This document shows, one piece after another, positions 50,970-58,718 of a stretch of 58,718 nucleotides of DNA (its first letter is position 1; each line of letters opens with the position of its first letter). The stretch comes from Welwitschia mirabilis (taxonomy: Eukaryota), in assembly GCA_051453625.1 (NCBI GenBank), contig JBOZIK010000001.1, positions 23,915,641-23,974,358 of the forward strand. The letters are read 5' to 3'. Made by a program: the position numbers and the translations under genes. The notes under the pieces were generated by a model. It ran no database searches and had not been told where the DNA came from. It worked only from the letters and a program-made list of their open reading frames with translations.

Positions 50970-53215
50970 TCCCTTTCTAATATGTACTGGGTGGTATCTA
51001 CCCTTTGAATATACATTACTAAACCAATATGGTCTTTATAAGTTATCTAAAATATCATCCATGCATGGTATGAGAAAATGATATTTCATTATAATATGAT
51101 TTATGACTCTAGAATCTATGCCTATGCACCACCCTTTTCCATCCTTCTTAGCTGTCAATGCTACTAATGTAATACATGATCTAGAACTCTTCTTATTGGC
51201 TTTTCTATAAAATACTCTCAACTTGTTTTTGTAGTTCTTTCTACTTTACTAAACTCATTCTATAGACTTTAGGATTTGGAAGGCTTATCTCAAGAACCAA
51301 ATCAATCTGATGAAAAATGCTTAGTTCTATAGGTAAGACATTTGATAAGTTTACTACTAATATATTAAGAACTCCTTTAATAGTATCTAAACCTTATTTT
51401 AAATGGACTTATTGCTACAACTTACACTTAGTGTAAGTACTACCACCATCCATTCATAAAAGTTATAAATTTGTTATAAAGCTTATCTTCTTAGAATCAT
51501 GTAAAACATAGTTCTTCTCTCTTTTACTTAATGAATAAGTGTGTGATTACTCTTGAAAACTAAAGATTTTGAATCTTCATCCAATGAGATTTATTATATC
51601 TATGGTATTTTTCCTTCTATTATAGCATGCTTCTTATAAATCCATGGCTTATCTAACAAAATATGATAGAAATCGAGAAGAATAACATTAAACAAAACAT
51701 AGAATTATAGGCTTTCAATCTCGAAACATATGTAAAACTCTCCATTAATGATTTTATTAAAGTGATTCTAAATTGAACTTGTCTTACATATTTTTGGATG
51801 TGTTAATAATATCATCTCCAAATATGATGACACATATTTTGAAATTACATTATTTAAGCTTCCATCACCCACTATGATTTAGTTCTATACACTCTAACCA
51901 AAACTAAAAGAGTTCTTTTTGTTCTTCATTGGAGGTCTAAATTTGCACATATGCATTTATGGCTTATCTGGAAATAATGATATTATGACTAGATTTACTT
52001 TGTATTATTTCATAAGTTATTTTTTATTCATTTCTTATTAGTGTTTTAGATATTTTTACAACATGAAACTAATTACATCTTTATTTAATAATTAGTTCTT
52101 TAGCCTTTTTACTCTTTAATGGCTTTTCTATTCTATACTTTATAGGCACTCAAATGATTTATGACCTACCTATTCACAACTAAAACATGCCCCTTATAAG
52201 ACTATTATTCCTTCAAATCTTTCTCGCATGCTAACTCTTCAACATGTTTTTCTAGAAGACATTTAGTTTTTGCTAAGAATAATCATTTTCATATCTAATT
52301 TTTCTCCTTTATTATTATTTAATTATTTTTTTCTTCTTCCTTTTTCATGATCTCTTCCTTCTCATCCTTCTTTAGTTAAAGCTTTTTTCTTTTGTTTGTT
52401 TTGAAAATATCCTTTCTTCTTTTCATTTAGTAAAATGAAATGCTTCTTTACCCTTATGGGATTAATTAGATTTATTTCATATTGGATGAAATATTTAAAA
52501 TTATTAATATACCTGACCACTTTTTCTTAGGTTTCTTGCATAACTCGTACTTAAAGAACATGTGGTAGAAGTATTCTATATACTCCATCATAAAATGGTC
52601 TTCCTACATAATCTTATAGAATTATTAAAACATCTCTTGCTAGTCTATTGTAATAATAACTTAACCTTTAATTTTATCATTATATTTTCACATGATTAGT
52701 CTTTTTCTTATCTTTTATTGATCTTTAAAATTGTAGATGATTCCATCATGTGACTTTTAAATCCTTAACTTTATTACTACAAATGTTTCTTTAATTCTTT
52801 GTTCAATCTCCTCTAGATAAAATTAGCTTTCAACCTTATGAATTAAATCTATCTTGCTTTTGGATCTAAATATTCTTTAAAATAACATATCTTCATTTTT
52901 TCTTACTTTCTAATCCATGAGAAGGGTCTTACATCCCCCATATATTATAGGTCTAGCTCTTATTTTTATCCTTCTAGAATAACACTTTTTATTGCTTCAT
53001 GCTCCTCATGTGATCCAATATTTGATGGAGACTTCCTTCCTTTGGAGAATCCTAATGTCCTTTAATATCACTTCAAGTATTATTATGATGTTATGACCTT
53101 AGTGAAGATTGTCATATTTCTTTAATTTATTCTTTTTCTTTGAACTTCACTTCTTCTTTTATTCATCTCTGTATGCTAATCCCCTTTTACAAGTTCATTC
53201 CTACCTTGGTACCAC

Positions 53216-53638
53216 TAATGTAGATAGATAAAACAGAAAATAAAAGAAAATATGAAAATGAATTATAGAACTCTATAATACAGCTTTAATAGAGGCTAAA
53301 ATAACAAACTCCACTTCTAGTTTTGATTTAAATTTTAAAAAAAACCACTATACATATAATTTTTTTCTTTTATTTACATAGAAAAAAAGAATGATTTTAA
53401 AATCATGTTAAGAAAAGGAAGGGACGGAGTGGGAGAAAGAAAGGGTATGAATGATTCCTGCTCATTTGATTCTTCCTTACATATAAAAATTGAAGTGAAT
53501 CATATTCATTTACTATGAATGAGCATTATTATTATAGAATATTAAAAATTTATAGAAACTTAGGCTTTATCATTTTTGTATTTGAATTTTGTAGGTGTTA
53601 GGTACTAGCTCTTACTTGGATGTTGAAAATCTGCATCA
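53216..53638 (-). repeat. 5' LTR of the CRM-like element
   Basis: TGATG start on minus, PBS at 53204-53214, and 3' half homologous to 37965-38125. Confidence 0.8.
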
Positions 53639-53697
53639 ATTAAGGCTTATTGGATATTTTACAATAGTGACTAGACATTACCAATAATAGTCCTATT

Positions 53698-54023
53698 AGG
53701 GGGAGATGTATTTAAAATATCGAACAAAAAGGGCCACTCTATGTGGTCCATAATCTTATAGTTATGGCTATCTTAAAGCATTCAAATTCTTGAGCTTAAA
53801 TCAATTCCTTATATTACTTTATTTAAAGAGTAACTAATCTTTATTCTCCTTATGATTGTCCTAATCAGCATTAACCCTCATTTTTCCAAAATATCTCCTA
53901 AGTAACCTATAAATAAACTATATTATATTATGCTACTATAGCCATAAGTGATTGACCAACAAATTATCTGATAAGCAATACCATTTTAACCAAACTCTAC
54001 AAAACTCTATCTTAATTTCAACA
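53698..54023 (+). repeat. Copia-type PPT and short 3' LTR
   Basis: AGGGGGAGA is followed by TGT at 53707, with TATA-like CCTATAAATA at ~53906 and a candidate end TTTCAACA at 54023. Confidence 0.5.
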
Positions 54024-54149
54024 ACCCAATATAGGTCTAACTATGAAATTCAAGGAAGATGTATTAAACATAAAAGAAGTCATAATTTAAAGGGACTTCC
54101 TTAAAGGTAGTGTAATATAAGAAAATAGAAACATTACTTGCCTAATACT

Positions 54150-57100
54150 TTATTAAGAATATGATTAATAGAATGATAAATATTTCTTAAATAAAAGAAA
54201 AAATAAGATTGAAGCTATCTACAGTCATGAGAATGAAGTGTAAAGTAGTTTGTAACATAGGACTATGGACTACTCATACATCTAGATTTGACCTACTTAT
54301 TTTAATGCAACTTATATAAGTGCTCATTGGGTGTGAACTTACAACATATGCAATTAAGTAATCAATCCATCTTTTATCATATCATCTCATATAAGGTAAA
54401 TTTATGAGCTCAAATTTTGATAATGAATTATCCTTACAACTTATGGAAGAATATTCCCATCTATTAAAATATCCATGTGAAGCATAACTCTTTGACAAAA
54501 TAGACTTCCCACCATTCCACATTGTGAAATAATTGTAACTACATATCATCATGATTCATTTGATGTTGAAAGCATAAGACTTATAAGTAATATGAAGATT
54601 AAGCAATTCTTGTACCACTACCTCCTATGGATTACCACATGAACTTAAATGTCTATTGTCATCTTTGTTATTAAGTTTATCATACCATCCTAGTACACCA
54701 TTACTCTAACTTGATTTGACATCCTAAGGGACTTTTATACCATAAAACTAGCTTTTATATCATTACATCCACCATTACGCCTTAATGAGAGGAAATAACC
54801 AAGTTGAACATCTAAGAAAACTAAATTTTTAGCATGTACAATAAAATTAAATGATTAAAAAGAACAACTTCTAATGGATAATTATAACCAATGGTAAAAT
54901 AGAATAGTCCAACTTCTAAGTTATATTAATAAGCTATCCATAATCTTCCTCATCTCCTCCACATACCTTAACTAGAAAGGATCTAGTATGAATAGATTGA
55001 AAATAAATAGAATCAAGTGAGTAGAAAAAAACCTTATGACAATCACAAAAGAAACTATAAACTCATCTACTTAAATAAAAGAGGTGTTTGTACTATATGG
55101 ACTTTCAAGTGAAAAAGGCAAACATATCTATTCTTGACTATACTAACCCTAGTATTAGTCATTACCTATGAAAAAGATTAATAGTATAATAAGTACATAA
55201 CTATGAAAACCAATAGAACCATCATTAGTAGAAAGGTAAGGATAGCCTAATGATCCTAGAAAAATAGCTTTACTTATTATGTTGTAAAGTAAGTAAAAAA
55301 GAAGTAGATTTAGTACATTCACTTTTATATACTAGTAAATACTAGAAGATGAACCTCACATACTCCTTGCTATAGAGGCTTTTCTTTATTATAATACATT
55401 GTTATGTAAAGATCAAAAACATTCCTAGTACACCCACATATGTGAGATAGAAAACATAAAAGAACTAGTAATATGAATATAATATCTTATAACTAACAAC
55501 TAGAAAGGTCCTATTAATAATGAAAGACATTGCAAAATAGATCTAGGTAGAAGATAATAAGAGTTGATATTAAAGATGTGAAATGGGTTTTGATTAATTG
55601 CCCAAGAGGTTAGGATAAATATTTAATAAAACACACTCATGTAATGCATCAAAAATGCTATATGACTAATATTTTTCACTATCTAAGATGATATAAGATG
55701 ATATAAAATACAAACATATCTATCTTCTTGTTATAAAAGATGGTGATATCAAATGAATCCACACTAGAATATAATAAGTAAGGCTTAGTTGTCATGTTAA
55801 AAAAATGCAACATAATCAAACAAGGAAAATGTCTAGGATCTAATAACTCTTTACATTAATTATAGTAGTGGATAGAAATCATCAAACATATGATACTAGG
55901 TATGAAGTTTAAAAGGATACCCCAGCTCCTCACAATACCTAATAGTGGAATATGACTTCTGGAAGTGATCCTTGCTTTTTGAATTAATATGTAATGAATG
56001 TTAGGAGTAGTTATTGGATGAAGAAAAGGTATATCATATTCAAGTGACCTCTTTCTAATCCTTAACTTAAGTATTCCACTATTGAAAAATAGTTTTTTGT
56101 ATTAGCATTTACCTAAAAAAATTTCATTATTATCTTATTGGTCAATATGTTATCATCTTTACTGACCATGACACTCTTAGATATCCTTACAATAAGAAGG
56201 ATGTAAAATCATATTTAAGTAGATGGATGATTTTAATATAAGAAATTAATGAAAAATTTAAAGATAAGAAAGAATATAAAAAACTTGTTGCTAATGATAT
56301 TTCTTGTATTTATTATATTAATGCCACATCTCTACCAATTAATGATTTTTTGCCATGAAAAAAATGTATGCATCTTTTCTATACCCTTGGTATGCTTCTT
56401 TGTTACTTATATTTTTAATCAAGTATTGCCTTTCAATCTGATTTAGTACGAAAGATATTTTTTCTTTCATGAGTTTAAGTATTAATTTTGAAAGCCATAT
56501 TTCATATATACATCTTATTTTAAGTAAATCTTTAACAAATGTATCCCCATGTTAAAAATCCATTAGAAAGATGTTTATGAAGGTTCTTATTAGAAACATA
56601 GCTATTAAATCATTACAAAGTGATTTATTCATATTCACTATCTTAAATATGCTTACCCATATTGTAAAATCTATGATAACTATTAAAAATTAAGTAGTAT
56701 ATCTAGGAGAAATATGTTACCCCTTAATATAATTATAGAACTTTAACATTTAAATATATAGAATATATATTTTCATGAACCTTATCCATACGTTTTTGGT
56801 TATCATTAATCTTACTAAGCATCAATTATGTTTTAAATTAGTATGATATTGTTCTTGTAAACATGATGATGTTAAAATAGTTATTTAGTTTTGTAGTAAG
56901 TATCTTTCATCCTATTTTTATATTAGTAGATCACTTATTAGTGATGGAGGTATCTATTTTTATAATCACATTTTAAAAACATGTTAATGAAATGTAATAT
57001 AACCTATAGATTTTCTACCGCTTGTCCATAAGCTAGTGGTTACTTTGAAAGCATAACAATCCTATTACTTTGGTATAAATATCTAAAAAAAAAATATTAT

Positions 57101-57450
57101 TAGAAAATGATCCTAACTTACTTAAATCATAGTGAAATATGTTGGTAAATTATGTTCAAACTACCACACTAGACTTAATCATTAATAATTTTGTAAATAT
57201 TATATGAAATACTTTAAAGACTAAGTAAGAACATTTTATTAATTAGAACATAGTTCTTGTCAAGAATGCTTACTCTTAGTGGCAAAATAAGTGTTTTAAT
57301 ATTCTTCTATTTATAGCATTTGTAGTAGATAAGGGGAAAAATAGAAAAAAATGATAACATGATTGAATATGTTTATTTTATAAACTATTTATTTATAGAT
57401 AATGCACTATCTCAATACTAACCTTAACTAAATTAATATCCAAAGTAAGA
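54150..57450 (-). mobile_element. Highly decayed Tat-like gypsy pol remnant
   Basis: Faint minus-strand motifs occur in pol order: FDDFYPLL*IN (RT DGFSGYNQI-like, ~55880), LLG (~55605), LSTNDGSIG (RNase H-like, ~55225), HLSSCGNP and DDMIKD (integrase zinc finger, ~54650 and ~54380). Confidence 0.45.
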
Positions 57451-57489
57451 AAATAGATGACATGTAATTTTCATAAATCACATGCATAA

Positions 57490-58569
57490 TGTTTTAATGT
57501 GTATTTCTGCTTCTAATTCCGATATTCTAAAGATCAAATTTAACTTACAACATCTAAAAAGCTAATATTCTAATTATAAACAACACACATTTGTATAGTG
57601 GGATCAACTCAAATGTCATACACTTAGAGAAGACTTCTAAAAGAGAATTTAGAACATTGATTTCAAGAGAGAATAATGATATTTTTGCTTTATAGAAAAT
57701 AAAATTAAACAATGTAAAGATAAATATGGAATGTAATGTAATGAAATGAAATGAAATGCAATGTAACGAATGTAATTCTAATGCAATGAATTAATTAGAC
57801 TTCTAATTTACTATTACTTAGATTGGTCATTATAACCGATTTTAATTATAAATTCATATCACTTAAATTGAAATTAAGATAAGCTATAAGGAAAAATAAT
57901 AAAACATCTGAAAATATTTCAATTAAATCACTACTTTTATTAATGAATTTGAAGTACATCCACTTATGACAATAACCCCTCCATGAAAGATTCACTGCCT
58001 AACACCAAGGTGCTCCTTCTCACAAGTGGGATGGATCTCTTTACCTCTAATAGTCTTCAATTGTCACAAGAATGTAGATAATAAAAGATGATTTGAATAG
58101 GGTCTAAAATGATCTATTTATAGATTGGGATAGATTGCTAAGGGTGTGAAATGAAGAGGTACAAGTTAAACCCACCCTCTCATAACAATTTAATTAATTT
58201 TACAAATCATGTTAACCATCATCCATCATGTCGTCCTCATGACATAGAGGATGACATCCCATTTGCCAACTAATGATTAATGCTGACTATCATCCCGATT
58301 GTCATCCCCATGACATAGAGGATGACCATAATTTTCTGACTATCATTCCCTTTATCATCTCCATGACATGGAGGACAATCAATATATCTTCATCACATTT
58401 CTTTGGTTCATCATTATCTAAAAATGGCTTCTGATTTGGGAAATTATTGCATCTTTTGACTCGTATGGAAGATTTATAGAATTTTCATAAATCCCTACAA
58501 AAACCTGCCAATAAGACCTGAAAATGTACTTCATAAGTGTATTAAATAGGTTCATGTGGCATCACAACA
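57490..58569 (-). repeat. 3' LTR of another Athila-like element whose internal region runs off the right edge
   Basis: Same ends as the element D LTR (TGTTTT.AATGTG ... GCATCACAA) and GAAAT/GTAAT pentamer repeats. The adjacent PPT context reads GGGACTGATAAATTCTATGTTGGGGGC on minus (58572-58600). Confidence 0.75.
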
Positions 58570-58718
58570 TAGCCCCCAACATAGAATTTATCAGTCCCTG
58601 AGAAAGTAAGCAAATAATAAGTTATGTGAAATACATCTATGAAAAAGCATAAGTAAAATTAATGTATATTATAAATCATTAAGGTTAACATCATGGAAAA
58701 TTTGCATAAGTCATGACT

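Larger units (their letters stand above)
37945..53638 (-). mobile_element. CRM-like chromovirus (Ty3/gypsy), degenerate, split by a nested Athila element
   Basis: The 5' LTR (53216-53638) reads TGATG...CATTA on minus and is followed by a Met-type PBS TGGTACCAAG. RT includes WCIGIDSRVINHIIMKYHFLIP (ORF 51036-51221). RNase H includes FQVECDANSKAINGVLLQERKPIAYYNERLN (ORF 39848-40084). Integrase lies at ~38200-39450. A partial 3' LTR at ~37945-38125 shares AAACTTAGGCTTTATCATTTTTGT. Confidence 0.85.

Overview
AT-rich plant nuclear scaffold with many N gaps; background is about 27% GC in a hand-counted line. It is almost entirely a nest of dead, heavily deaminated LTR retrotransposons: several Athila/Tat-type Ty3/gypsy remnants, a complete Athila-like element (40555-50969, TSD TCCCT) inserted in the RT of a CRM-like chromovirus, a Sirevirus-like Ty1/copia element (17846-25581, TSD ATAAA) that seems to lack pol, and solo or partial LTRs. 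No intact protein-coding gene was seen; the ORF-track entries are gap artefacts or TE fragments. The only clearly intact gene is tRNA-Thr(CGU) at 36853-36924. It sits in the window's only CpG-retaining island (~36650-38020), which includes an unexplained ~0.8 kb block of 53-65% GC (three lines counted) just downstream of the tRNA. That block is the best candidate for something undescribed. It could be a structured ncRNA, a TE relic protected from deamination with a decayed zinc knuckle, or an organellar insertion. All protein calls are by-eye motif recognition; no database search was run.
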